Source: Gemmatimonadales bacterium (GTDB lineage Bacteria > Gemmatimonadota > Gemmatimonadetes > Gemmatimonadales > GWC2-71-9). From it: a stretch of 64,000 bases of DNA. Of this stretch, positions 53,086-64,000 are shown one piece after another. The translations under genes and the position numbers were made by a program. The stretch spans positions 4,696-68,695 of the forward strand of contig JBQCGH010000024.1 of the NCBI GenBank assembly GCA_051955835.1, given 5' to 3'. Position 1 is the stretch's first letter. Each line of letters starts with the position of its first letter. The notes below the pieces were generated by a model. That model did no database searches. It had not been told where the DNA came from and saw only the letters and a program-made list of their open reading frames with translations.

Positions 53086-53336
53086 GTCCAGTTCCTCAAG
53101 TTGAAGCGTAGCCGGTAAATCTAGCGGCGGTCGGAGGTTAATGGAAGGGCGCCGACGCTTTTTCGGCGCGCTCTGGTCGAGCCGGCGCCTCCTCTCGAGC
53201 GCACTACCAGCAGGTGGCAGCGGGCGCGTCGCAGGCCAACTTGGAGCGGGCACTTGCAGCTGCTCGCGTCCGTCTACTGCGAGCGGAACCCACGGTCCGA
53301 CTCCCAAGTTCCGCCCAGTCCCACGCTCGGTCGAGA

Positions 53337-53365
53337 TTGACAGCTATATTGACCGCAAGTATGGT
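53337..53365 (+). promoter_or_regulatory. candidate sigma-70 promoter of the crp-family gene
   Basis: TTGACA (53337-53342), 17-nt spacer, TATGGT (53360-53365). A GGAGG SD at 53388-53392 lies 5 nt upstream of the GTG at 53398. Confidence 0.45.
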
Positions 53366-53397
53366 ATCCGCAACTACTTCCGCTTTCGGAGGCACGC

Positions 53398-54075
53398 GTG
53401 GCCCTGGCACCCATCGAAGTTCTGCGCAAGGTCCCCCTCTTCGCCGGCCTCGGTGAGAGTGACCTTGCCGCCTTCGCCGATCTGACGCGCGAGCGCAGCT
53501 ATCCAAAGGGCAGCGTGATCGTCTTCGAGGACGACCCCGGGGATGCCTTGTATCTGGTGGCAGCAGGGCAAGTCAAGGTGGTCATCATCGCGGAGGACGG
53601 CCGGGAGGTCATCTTGTCGGTGCTGGGCGAGGGAAGCTTCTTCGGGGAGATGGCGGTGATCGATGACGAGCCCCGCTCGGCCCACGTGATCGCCATGGAA
53701 GACTCGAGCCTGCTGGTGTTGCGCCGGGAGGATTTCTACGCCCGCCTGCGCAGCTCGCCCGAGGTGGCGATCAGCCTGCTCCGTGAAATCTCGCGCCGGC
53801 TGCGCCGGGCGGACGAGAAGATCGGCAGCCTGGTGCTCCTTGACGTCAACGGTCGCGTGGCGCACCTGCTGCTCCGCATGGCCGACGACGAGGGCGGCGA
53901 CCGGATCACCCGCAAGCTCACTCACCACACGATCGCCCAGATGATCGGCTCGAGTCGGGAGACGGTCTCACGGACCATGCGGAACCTGGTCGAGCGCGGC
54001 ATCATCCAGGTGACTCGCAAGGAGATCACGCTCCGGGATCGCCGCTCACTCATGCTGGCCGCCCGCCGGGCGTGA
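53398..54075 (+). CDS. Crp/Fnr family transcriptional regulator
   Basis: 225 aa. cNMP-binding domain (FFGEMAVIDDEPRSAHV) and C-terminal HTH (IAQMIGSSRETVSRTMRNL). Confidence 0.9.
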   Translation: MALAPIEVLRKVPLFAGLGESDLAAFADLTRERSYPKGSVIVFEDDPGDALYLVAAGQVKVVIIAEDGREVILSVLGEGSFFGEMAVIDDEPRSAHVIAMEDSSLLVLRREDFYARLRSSPEVAISLLREISRRLRRADEKIGSLVLLDVNGRVAHLLLRMADDEGGDRITRKLTHHTIAQMIGSSRETVSRTMRNLVERGIIQVTRKEITLRDRRSLMLAARRA

Positions 54076-54135
54076 AGGCAGTCACGACGACGCGGTGACT
54101 GGGAACGTGGCCCGCCAGGCACGCCGAGCGAGAGC

Positions 54136-55038
54136 TTGGAGCATGCTCCCCTTCCGCACGGGCCGGCCGGCGTGGCGCATCGCCTGACCTTCTGGGGCAC
54201 GCGCGGGTCGATTCCCTCGCCCGGGCCCCGCACCACCCGCTACGGCGGCAACACGGCCTGCCTCGGGATTGCGGGGCCCGACGGCCGGCTCGTGATCCTC
54301 GACGCCGGGAGCGGCTTGCGCTCGCTTGGTCTCGAGCTCATGTCCTGGCGCCGGCCCACCCTCGCGGCAGACATCCTCCTCTCGCACACCCATTGGGACC
54401 ACATTCAAGGTCTGCCCTTCTTCAAGCCGCTGAGCAGCGGTGGCAACCGATTCTGCGTGTATGGCGCTCCCCAGGAGGGTACTCCGCTCGAAGGCATCCT
54501 GCGGCTGCAAATGGATCCCACCGTGTTTCCGGTTCCGCTCGAGGCGTTCGCCGCGCGGATCGAGGTGCACGACATTGCCGAAGGCGAAGTCCCGCTGCAC
54601 GACTTTCGGGCGCACGCCTTTCGGCTGCGCCACCCGGGCACGACGCTCGGCTATCGTCTTCAGCCGCTCGACGGGGGACGCGACATCGCCTATGTGACCG
54701 ACAACGAGCTCGGCCCTGGCGGCAGCTATTCGGTCTCGGCGGACTGGCGAGATCGCCTGGTGGCGTTTCTGGAGGGTACCGACACCCTGATTCACGACGC
54801 CATGTACTCGGACGAGTTCATCAAGGTGCGCGCGGGTTGGGGGCACTCGACCCCGCGCCAGGCGGTCGAGCTGGCGGCAGATGCCCGCTGCGCGCGGCTG
54901 GTGCTGTTCCACCACGAGCCGGAGCACGATGATGCCATGATTGATCGGCTACTCGACGATGCGCGGACGCACGCGCGCCGGCTCGCCCCGGGGCTGGTGG
55001 TGGACGCCGCCGTCGAAGGGAGCAGCTTTTCGCTCTGA
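54136..55038 (+). CDS. MBL-fold metallo-hydrolase
   Basis: Motifs LTFWGTRGSIP, YGGNTACLGI, HTHWDH (HxHxDH), and FHHEP near the C-terminus. The start is either TTG 54136 or GTG 54172. Confidence 0.8.
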   Translation: MEHAPLPHGPAGVAHRLTFWGTRGSIPSPGPRTTRYGGNTACLGIAGPDGRLVILDAGSGLRSLGLELMSWRRPTLAADILLSHTHWDHIQGLPFFKPLSSGGNRFCVYGAPQEGTPLEGILRLQMDPTVFPVPLEAFAARIEVHDIAEGEVPLHDFRAHAFRLRHPGTTLGYRLQPLDGGRDIAYVTDNELGPGGSYSVSADWRDRLVAFLEGTDTLIHDAMYSDEFIKVRAGWGHSTPRQAVELAADARCARLVLFHHEPEHDDAMIDRLLDDARTHARRLAPGLVVDAAVEGSSFSL

Positions 55039-55159
55039 GGGAGCAGCGTCCTGAGGGAGTTCGCTCTGCGGTTTCTCGCTCTGCAGACATGCGTCTTCGC
55101 TGAGCCCTACCCCTCCGCTCCAACGACGCCCGCCCCCGATGCCCGGCTGGATGCGCGGA

Positions 55160-56464
55160 TCACGCGCGAACAGCCGCACCTCGAGCCATGTCACCCGTGC
55201 CCTGCTGGGGTCGCCGGAATGCGGCGGCGATGCCGAGCTGGATCGGTAGCGCGAGCGCGATGAGCGGCGCATTCACCTGGCGGAAGCCCGGCACGGCCTT
55301 GAGCAGGAGCCCGAGTACGGAGAGTCCCGCAACCACAAACGCGAGGAAGGTCCACCGCTGCGCGGACGAGCCGCCGCGCAGGACGGCCCGGCTCGCAGGC
55401 AGAAGCAGCAGTGCGAGCGGATTGAGTTGCAGCAGGTTCTCGTTGCAGCGCGCCATCACGTGGTCGGTAAGACCCCACAGCCCCGCGAGCACCAGGCCGC
55501 CGAGCCCCGCCAGCGCGCCCCAGCCACCAACAAGGACCAGAAACCCGAACCGCGCGGCGGGGTTGGCTCGCGCGAATGCCGCCAGAAGCCAGATCGCGCC
55601 GCCGAGGGCCATGCCCAGCGCCAGGTACGAGGGGACCCAGTCCGGGGGCGCCGATGGCGGCGCGGGCGCCGTCGATTCGAAGATGGTCCGCTCCGATCGG
55701 ACCAGCGCACGAGGTCGGCCGTCGGGTCCGGGAATCGTCACCCGGCGCACCCAGTCACGCATTTTGAGCGGCAGGAACATCTCGTCCCACGCGGAGATCG
55801 GCAGGTCCACCCGCTCCCCCAACGCGGCGAGCAGGCCGGTGAAGATGAGCGGATCGTTGGCCGTGAGCCGCTGGGTGTGGAATCGATACGTCGTTCCAGC
55901 CGCGACGTGCTCGGTTTGGCGCCTGATGGCGCCGCCGAGGACGCGGTCGATCGCGTCTCGAACGCGCGTCGAGCAGTTGTCGCGATAGTAGTCGTAATGA
56001 TAGAAGCGGTGCTCGGGAGTGGCGTTCCACTCCAGGAACGACTGCAGCTGGGCGCGAGCACCGGGGGAGAGGTCCAGCTCCTGCACCCAGACGGAGCGGT
56101 TGTTGCGCTCGTACTGTTCGATGTAATCCGGAGCCGGAAACCCGGCCATCCAGTACCACATCTGCCCGCGCACGAATCGCAGAATGAAGTTGTGCTGGTG
56201 GAAATCAAAGAGACCGTAGTTGTAGGCCTCGTCGGTACCGTGCACCGGATCGTGGATCCAGATGGCGTTGTGCCCGAACCGCTCCCACACTTCGCGCCCG
56301 GGACCAAAGGTCATGAGGAAGACCTGAAGCGCCGCGGGAGCCGGTGAAGCGGGCCGAGCCGCCGACGCGGGCAGTGCGGCTTGCGCGGCAGCGTCGGTGG
56401 CACCGGTGAGGAGCAGGCCCAGCAGCACCGTCAACTTCCGTCCACCCACCCGCCACCACCTCAT
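55160..56464 (-). CDS. DUF4105 (Lnb N-terminal periplasmic domain) protein with C-terminal TM bundle
   Basis: 434 aa from the ATG at 56462-56464. Signal peptide, FGHNAIWI, YNYGLFDF, then about 5 TM helices. The long R/G-rich N-terminal extension in the track is rejected. Confidence 0.75.
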   Translation of the reverse strand: MRWWRVGGRKLTVLLGLLLTGATDAAAQAALPASAARPASPAPAALQVFLMTFGPGREVWERFGHNAIWIHDPVHGTDEAYNYGLFDFHQHNFILRFVRGQMWYWMAGFPAPDYIEQYERNNRSVWVQELDLSPGARAQLQSFLEWNATPEHRFYHYDYYRDNCSTRVRDAIDRVLGGAIRRQTEHVAAGTTYRFHTQRLTANDPLIFTGLLAALGERVDLPISAWDEMFLPLKMRDWVRRVTIPGPDGRPRALVRSERTIFESTAPAPPSAPPDWVPSYLALGMALGGAIWLLAAFARANPAARFGFLVLVGGWGALAGLGGLVLAGLWGLTDHVMARCNENLLQLNPLALLLLPASRAVLRGGSSAQRWTFLAFVVAGLSVLGLLLKAVPGFRQVNAPLIALALPIQLGIAAAFRRPQQGTGDMARGAAVRA

Positions 56465-56484
56465 TCGCTTCGTGTGGCCCGGGC

Positions 56485-57513
56485 TCACAGCACCACGTCC
56501 CGACCATCCTCCGCCGACTTGTACACCGCGTCGACGATCCGGTGGAGGACCAGGTGCTCCTGCAGCGACGCGACCTTCGCCTCGCCCGCTATCGCCGCCT
56601 CGAAGTGGGCCCACTCGGCGCGGTAGGACGCGGTGAACGCGTTCTCCCGGCTGACCGATCCCGTCGGCGAGACGTCCACCGGCATGCCGTGGAGCTCCTT
56701 CCACACGGTCAGCGGATTGATCGCCGCCGAGCCCTTGCTGCCCCGCAGGCCGACCCCGAAGCGCTCGCCCTCGCCCAGGTGATGCCAGGTCACATCCACG
56801 AAGAGCGACATGCCGTTCTCGCAGACCACGAACGCGCTCCCACTCTGCTCGACCGCGCGCTCGCGGCCTGCCACGTCGAGGGAGGCGCTCACCCGCACCG
56901 GCGCCGGGGTGCCGCCCAGCCAGAGTCCCAGATCGAGAATGGACAGCCCGAGATCGAGCATTGCACCACCCCCGGCCTGGTCGCGCCGCTGGCGCCAGCC
57001 CAGCTGATTGCGACTCGGGCGGAAAACGTGCCAACTGCCGCGAACGCTCTCCACCCGACCCAGCTCCCCGCTCTGCACGAAGCTGCGGACGATCTGAACG
57101 TCCGGCCGATAGCGGTGGTTCATGCCCACCATGAGGATGCGGTCGCGCTTTTCCGCGGCGCGCATGATACGCTGCACGCTCGCGGCGGACATGGTAAGCG
57201 GCTTCTCGACCAGGATGTGGACGTTGGCCGAGAGGGCCGCGAGAATGTGGGATTCATGCAGGTGATTGGGCGAGCAGATCACGACGGCCTGCAGGCCCGG
57301 GAGGCCCAGGACGTCCTCGATGTCGTCGAGCGCGTCGGGGACACCGAACCGGTCGGCGAGCGCGCGGGCCTTCGGCAGATCGATATCGCAGATGGCCTGC
57401 ACCTCGACGGTCTTGCGCTTCTTGAGCGCGGGCAGGTGCGCAACCTGGGCGATCGCGCCCCCGCCGATCACGCCCACCCGAAGTCGCTCGCTCGTGGTTC
57501 GGCTCGCCGTCAT
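56485..57513 (-). CDS. Gfo/Idh/MocA family oxidoreductase
   Basis: 342 aa. Motifs VGVIGGGAIAQVAHLPAL and VEKPL. Confidence 0.9.
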   Translation of the reverse strand: MTASRTTSERLRVGVIGGGAIAQVAHLPALKKRKTVEVQAICDIDLPKARALADRFGVPDALDDIEDVLGLPGLQAVVICSPNHLHESHILAALSANVHILVEKPLTMSAASVQRIMRAAEKRDRILMVGMNHRYRPDVQIVRSFVQSGELGRVESVRGSWHVFRPSRNQLGWRQRRDQAGGGAMLDLGLSILDLGLWLGGTPAPVRVSASLDVAGRERAVEQSGSAFVVCENGMSLFVDVTWHHLGEGERFGVGLRGSKGSAAINPLTVWKELHGMPVDVSPTGSVSRENAFTASYRAEWAHFEAAIAGEAKVASLQEHLVLHRIVDAVYKSAEDGRDVVL

Positions 57514-57525
57514 GGTGGCCCTCCC

Positions 57526-58893
57526 TCAGTAGAGGCGCTCGAGGACCGCGCCGGGATAGTACGCCGCGAGGATCTGCGGGTAGTCCTGTCCGACGCGGGA
57601 GCGTCCCACCGCGCCCCATTGGCAGAATCCCACGCCGTGCCCGGCCCCTGCACCATCGGCGGCAAGACGGGTCACCTGTGCGCCGTCGCGCGTGACCGTG
57701 AGACTGAAATTGCTGCTCCGAAGCACCTCGCCATTTGCCGCCCGGAGTACTTGCCGTACCGCTGGGCCATCCACGGTCACGTCGCCCCGGAGCAGCGCGA
57801 CGGTGAGCTGCCCCACCCGCCCGGAACCCGTGCGGTACGACACGCGCACGTCTCGGATCTCGCTGACGTCAACCGGCGCGCTCGACGCCGAGCCACCGAG
57901 GGGCACGGTCGGGAGCGTGCGGCCCAAGGTGGCGCGGAGCGCCTCGCCGGTCCACTCCTCGTGCCAGCGAAAACGCGGCGAGAGACTGCAATACGGGATG
58001 CCGTCCGGGCCCACGTCCGGCACCGACCGAAGGTACGGTCGGTTGGCACCGCGGAACACCTCGGTGCCGTCGGCCGTCCGCCCGCCGCAGGTTGAGTAGA
58101 AGAAGGCGTCGATTGGCGCGCCCCCGTACGTCAGCACCCGACCACGGGTCACGTCCACCGCAGCGCGGCCTTCTGGTGTCTCCGCGGCGGCTCCGCCGTA
58201 GACCTGGTCGGCCACGGTCGCATACAGATCGAAGCCCTGGGCCTGCCAGCGACGCAGGTTCCGCAGGGCGAAGGTACGCGAAACAATGGCTTGCGCGCGC
58301 AGCGCCTCCTGCTCCTCGGGGCTCCGCCGGCCCATTTCCGCGCTCACAACACCGGCGAGATAGGCCTCCATCGGGACCCGATCGACCACGGTGATGCCGG
58401 TCCGGTCGCGGAGCGCGATGATGGTACCCCGGTAGGGGCGCCCGTTCAGCAGCGGTGGTGCGTTCGCGCTCAGCGACGTGATCTCAAGCACCTCGGACGG
58501 AATCGTCGCGGCACCTCCGGGCGCGAGGGCGACGAGCCCCGCGCCCCCGAGTGCGATGCGCCAGCTCTCCCCGGCCGGGATCTCGGCAAGGCGGGCGCCG
58601 GACGGGTCGCTCACGCTCAGGCCCGCGCTGCTCGACACCGTTGCCGACGACGCGCCGACCAGAAGGCCCACGCGAACGACCGGCTCGGTCGGCACCTGCA
58701 TGGCCGGTCCCGTCGGCGGCGCGGGACGCGGCGGGGCCGGCGGAGCTGGGACGGGGGTCGGTGCCGGCGGAGCGGCGGTCGGCGAGCAGCTCGCCACCAG
58801 CACGGCGGCCGCTGCAGCGGCGGTGATGGCAGCGCCGGTCCAGCGCGGCAGCCGTAGGGGCGCCGGGCCGGTGTCAGCCCCGGTAGTTGCCAA
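57526..58893 (-). CDS. SpoIID/LytB domain lipoprotein
   Basis: 455 aa. Lipobox LVASC and a Pro/Ala-rich linker. SpoIID blocks EAYLAGVVSAEM, AQAIVSRTFAL, FFYSTCGGRT, GHGVGFCQWGA. Confidence 0.85.
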   Translation of the reverse strand: MATTGADTGPAPLRLPRWTGAAITAAAAAAVLVASCSPTAAPPAPTPVPAPPAPPRPAPPTGPAMQVPTEPVVRVGLLVGASSATVSSSAGLSVSDPSGARLAEIPAGESWRIALGGAGLVALAPGGAATIPSEVLEITSLSANAPPLLNGRPYRGTIIALRDRTGITVVDRVPMEAYLAGVVSAEMGRRSPEEQEALRAQAIVSRTFALRNLRRWQAQGFDLYATVADQVYGGAAAETPEGRAAVDVTRGRVLTYGGAPIDAFFYSTCGGRTADGTEVFRGANRPYLRSVPDVGPDGIPYCSLSPRFRWHEEWTGEALRATLGRTLPTVPLGGSASSAPVDVSEIRDVRVSYRTGSGRVGQLTVALLRGDVTVDGPAVRQVLRAANGEVLRSSNFSLTVTRDGAQVTRLAADGAGAGHGVGFCQWGAVGRSRVGQDYPQILAAYYPGAVLERLY

Positions 58894-59377
58894 ACTTGAG
58901 CTCGATGCCGAAGTCCTGCGCCCTGAGCAGGGCGATGATCGCCTGCAGCTCGTCGCGCGAGGGGCCCGTGACCCGGATCTCGTCGCCCTGGATCGTCGCC
59001 TGGGCTTTCTTGAAACCGCCGTCCTTCACCGCCTTGATGATCTTCTTCGCGGCGTCCTGCGGAATCCCTTGCGTGAGCGAGACCGTGCGCCGCACCGACT
59101 GCCCGGTGCCGGCCACGTTGTCCCCGATGGTGAGATTCTTCACGGGCACGCTACGCTTGATCATCCGTCCGCGCAGCACGTCCAACAGCGCATCCATGCG
59201 GAACTCGTCGTCGGCGGCCAGGCGAATCTCGGCCTTGGCGCGATCGAACTCGATGGTACAGTGCGTGCCCTTGAAATCGTAGCGCTGACCGATCTCCTTC
59301 AGGGCCTGGTTGACGGCGTTGTCGACCTCCTGCAGGTCGGCACCGGTCGAGATGTCGAACGATGGATTGCTGGCCAT
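58874..59377 (-). CDS. yajQ: YajQ family (UPF0234) nucleotide/c-di-GMP-binding protein
   Basis: 167 aa from the ATG at 59375-59377. Motifs PSFDISTGADLQEVDNAVNQA, RYDFKG, LKFGNYR. Confidence 0.9.
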   Translation of the reverse strand: MASNPSFDISTGADLQEVDNAVNQALKEIGQRYDFKGTHCTIEFDRAKAEIRLAADDEFRMDALLDVLRGRMIKRSVPVKNLTIGDNVAGTGQSVRRTVSLTQGIPQDAAKKIIKAVKDGGFKKAQATIQGDEIRVTGPSRDELQAIIALLRAQDFGIELKFGNYRG

Positions 59378-59487
59378 GAGCGTTGCGTCGCGAGGTGGAA
59401 GAACCGATCGGTGCGGGGAATGCGGAAGGATTACCCCGCCCCCTGCGCTTGACAACCCTTTTGGCCGCCGCTAGTCTCACCCCACGG

Positions 59488-59560
59488 CGGTCGATTTAGG
59501 GCCACTTGCTCCCGCCGGCGCCGGGCGGTTTCCGGCGCGAACCAAATGAGCTAAAGCGCC
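59488..59560 (+). promoter_or_regulatory. candidate SAM-II/SAM-V-like riboswitch element in the metY leader (unverified)
   Basis: In order: CGAUUU (59492-59497), CACUUGCU (59503-59510), a 7-bp hairpin GCGCCGG/CCGGCGC (59518-59538) and AAAUGAGCUAAAGCG (59544-59558). It sits in a ~345-nt leader upstream of a methionine-biosynthesis operon. Pattern recognition only. Confidence 0.3.
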
Positions 59561-59740
59561 GGATGCACGCCCTCCGAGCGCACCAGGCCGGGGGGCGTTG
59601 TCGTTCCGCCCTCGATTCTCCGAGCGTTCAGGGGAGCCCGCATGCAGGACCGCGCGATGTGCTGTCGAATGATGCCCTGTCCCCCCGGCGCGGGGTGGAC
59701 GGCGTCATCGGCGCATGCGCGTGGACGCGGCGGGATGTAG

Positions 59741-62205
<2,465 letters not shown>

Positions 62206-62235
62206 CGCGCGGAGCAGCCTGGAGGAGTGCGTGGC

Positions 62236-63270
62236 ATGACAGCGTTGATCGGCGGGACGTCGGCCGAGGACCTCTCGCTGGGGACGTTCGTTACGGCGGA
62301 CGGACGCCCGCTTTCGGGACTTCGCCTGCGCTTCCACGTGCTGGGTGACATGGAGGCGGCGCGCGTGCAAGGCTGGATTCTCGTGTTTCACGCACTCACC
62401 GGCAGCTCCGATGTCGCGAGCTGGTGGGGACCGCTCATCGGGCCGGGCCGGGCGCTCGATACGTCCCGGCATGCCATCGTCGCCGCCAACCTGCTCGGCA
62501 GCTGTTACGGCTCGACCGGGCCACGGGAATGGGCGAGCGAGCACGACGAGCCGTTCCCGGATCTGACGCCGGCGGACCTCGCGCTCGCGCACGTTCCCTT
62601 GCTCACGCACCTCGGGATCGATCGTCTGGCGCTGGCGACCGGCGGGTCGCTGGGAGGCATGGTCGCGCTGGAATGGGGCCGCCGCGCGAGGGTGCCCACC
62701 GACCGGCTCGTCGTCTTCGCCGCCCCCGCCGCCGCCTCGGCCCAGGCGATCGCCTGGAACACGGTGCAGCGGATGGCCATCGAGGCGGACCCGGCCTGGC
62801 GCCGCGGACGGTATTTCCCCGGCCAGGGGCCCACCTCAGGCCTGGCCGCCGCCCGTGCGCTCGCGATGATCACGTACCGCTCGGGCATCGAGTTCGACGA
62901 CCGGTTCGGTCGGCTGTCCTCCCGAACGCCGGGCCGGTTCGACGTCGATCACTATCTCCGCCGGCAGGGCGACAAGCTGGTGGCCCGGTTCGACGCCGCG
63001 AGCTATGTCGCGCTCATGCGCGCGATGGACCTCCACGACGTGGGCGACCTGCGGACGGCGGCACACGAGACCGGCGCGCGGGTGCGGTGCGTGGTTGGCG
63101 TGGGCGTGGACACCGACATCCTGTATCTCCCCTCGGAGGTTCGCGACTGGACGGCGGCATATCAGGCGGCCGGCGTGGACGCGCGATACCGCGAGATCAG
63201 GTCCGCCTCGGGGCATGACGCGTTTCTGATCGAATGGGATCAGGTCGAGGCAATTCTGCGGGAGGGGTAA
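62236..63270 (+). CDS. metX: homoserine O-acetyltransferase
   Basis: Motifs FHALTGSSDV, and GGSLGGMVALEW with the nucleophile Ser. ATG at 62236; the track's GTG at 62227 is the alternative. Confidence 0.9.
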   Translation: MTALIGGTSAEDLSLGTFVTADGRPLSGLRLRFHVLGDMEAARVQGWILVFHALTGSSDVASWWGPLIGPGRALDTSRHAIVAANLLGSCYGSTGPREWASEHDEPFPDLTPADLALAHVPLLTHLGIDRLALATGGSLGGMVALEWGRRARVPTDRLVVFAAPAAASAQAIAWNTVQRMAIEADPAWRRGRYFPGQGPTSGLAAARALAMITYRSGIEFDDRFGRLSSRTPGRFDVDHYLRRQGDKLVARFDAASYVALMRAMDLHDVGDLRTAAHETGARVRCVVGVGVDTDILYLPSEVRDWTAAYQAAGVDARYREIRSASGHDAFLIEWDQVEAILREG

Positions 63271-63313
63271 CGCGACCGGGCGGCGGCGGAAACTTCGCCC
63301 CCGCCCTTGAAGG

Positions 63314-63814
63314 TCAGAGGGTTCCGCCGGCGCCCGACGTGTCCTCTCGATGACGCCCCGGCGGCGCAGCACCGCGCGGGTGATCGCCGCGGCTCGCATC
63401 GCCGTGGGTCGGTGACCGCTCCCCCCACCAGCGGCGCTGCGCGCGCCACGGTTCGTGGCGGAGCCCGTGCGCCTGACGCCAGCGCTCCCCGAAGCGGTGC
63501 CGCCTGTACTCCCGAGCCTCGGGCCGCCGTCCACGATGCTCCCATCGTGCCCCGCGCCGCGCCCAGGCCCGGCCATGGAGCCGATCCTCGCGGGAGCGAT
63601 GCCAGCGGCGGTGACGCGCCACCCGCTCGCCGCGCCATCCCATTCTCATCCCGCGCTCCATCCGCCATGCATAGTGCCGATGCGGTCTGGCCAGTTCCGT
63701 TGTGGACCCCTGGGGCAAACCGAAGGGATTGGCCGCGCTCGCCTGGGCGGCAGCGGGGGTCGCGGCCAGGACGGTGGCCAGCAGGATGGCCCGGAGCCGC
63801 CGGGTCTCGTTCAT
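63314..63814 (-). CDS. secreted Arg/Trp/His-rich basic protein, function unknown
   Basis: 166 aa with a clear signal peptide MNETRRLRAILLATVLAATPAAAQA. G/C-rich third codon positions in this frame. The mature part is low complexity (RHRRWHRSRE, RRHRFGERWRQ, RAQRRWWGER). Confidence 0.5.
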   Translation of the reverse strand: MNETRRLRAILLATVLAATPAAAQASAANPFGLPQGSTTELARPHRHYAWRMERGMRMGWRGERVARHRRWHRSREDRLHGRAWARRGARWEHRGRRPEAREYRRHRFGERWRQAHGLRHEPWRAQRRWWGERSPTHGDASRGDHPRGAAPPGRHREDTSGAGGTL

Positions 63815-63919
63815 CGGATTCCTCCCGCGGCCGGTGCCGCTCGTGCTGCGTTGGGTGCAGGACAGACGAGCGGCGGACGGGAGATGGGTGCCAGCGTTAA
63901 GCCGGCGTGGCGGGATGGG

Positions 63920-64000
63920 TCAGGCCAGGAAGCTCTCGAGGGCGCGGGCCCGGCTCACGTGACGGAGACGGCTCAGGGCCTTCTCCTTGATCTGGCGCAC
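63920..64000 (-). CDS. rpoD: RpoD-type sigma-70 factor, C-terminal 26 codons only (gene enters from right edge)
   Basis: Minus-strand frame from the window edge reads VRQIKEKALSRLRHVSRARALESFLA-stop (TGA at 63920-63922). This matches the region 4.2 end of primary-like sigma factors (ERVRQIExKALRKLRHPSRS..L..FL). Confidence 0.7.
   Translation of the reverse strand: MRQIKEKALSRLRHVSRARALESFLA

Noticed and set aside
63240-63900. ORFs 63307-63900 (plus) and 63240-63668 (minus), which overlap the secreted basic protein gene.
   Set aside because: Neither has a signal peptide or motifs. The 63314-63814 minus frame has the better third-position G/C bias and a clean signal peptide.

Overview
Very GC-rich, almost fully coding 64-kb chromosomal segment with about 60 protein genes and one tRNA-Gln(UUG). 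I saw no rRNA, CRISPR array, transposase, integrase or phage gene. Gene content points to a diderm bacterium: a LolA-like carrier, an Omp85-type barrel ending in Phe, PD40/TolB repeats and a SPOR lipoprotein. The overall style resembles Gemmatimonadota-like lineages, but that is inference only. Housekeeping blocks: (1) trxA, mce, pdxJ, ispE; (2) prs-ctc(rplY)-pth-ychF; (3) rpsF-rpsR-DUF2232-rplI-(Dak2-DegV)-rsfS; (4) smc, aroF, lolA-like; (5) rpmE-prfA-prmC-ylbF-like-tmk; (6) metY-ask-metX; (7) the 3' end of an rpoD-type sigma gene at the right edge. Genes are packed tightly, with at least 15 ATGA/GTGA start-stop overlaps. The long antisense ORFs in the track are GC artefacts. Points most worth a second look: (a) a DinG Fe-S helicase fused to a RadC-like JAB/JAMM domain. 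(b) A five-gene, fully translationally coupled envelope operon (rsmI, DUF4159-like, ~1090-aa coiled-coil membrane protein, TPR protein, Tat-exported protein) without the MoxR/vWA genes such families usually accompany. (c) smc interrupted by one in-frame TAG. (d) pth and the DUF2232 gene appear to need CTG start codons; pth is in frame with and 3 nt after the ctc TGA stop. (e) A FimL-like protein with two His-less Hpt domains and a tandem PIVPIEsLLLEE repeat. (f) An outer-membrane protein combining an HExxH MA-peptidase domain, a PD40 propeller and a beta-barrel. (g) A Dak2-DegV single-chain fatty-acid-kinase-like fusion. (h) A surface cluster with two GT4 genes, a sulfotransferase, a copper-radical oxidase and two tandem PKD lipoprotein paralogs beside the tRNA. 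(i) A possible SAM-II-like leader upstream of metY. All family assignments come from motif recognition by eye, with no database search.
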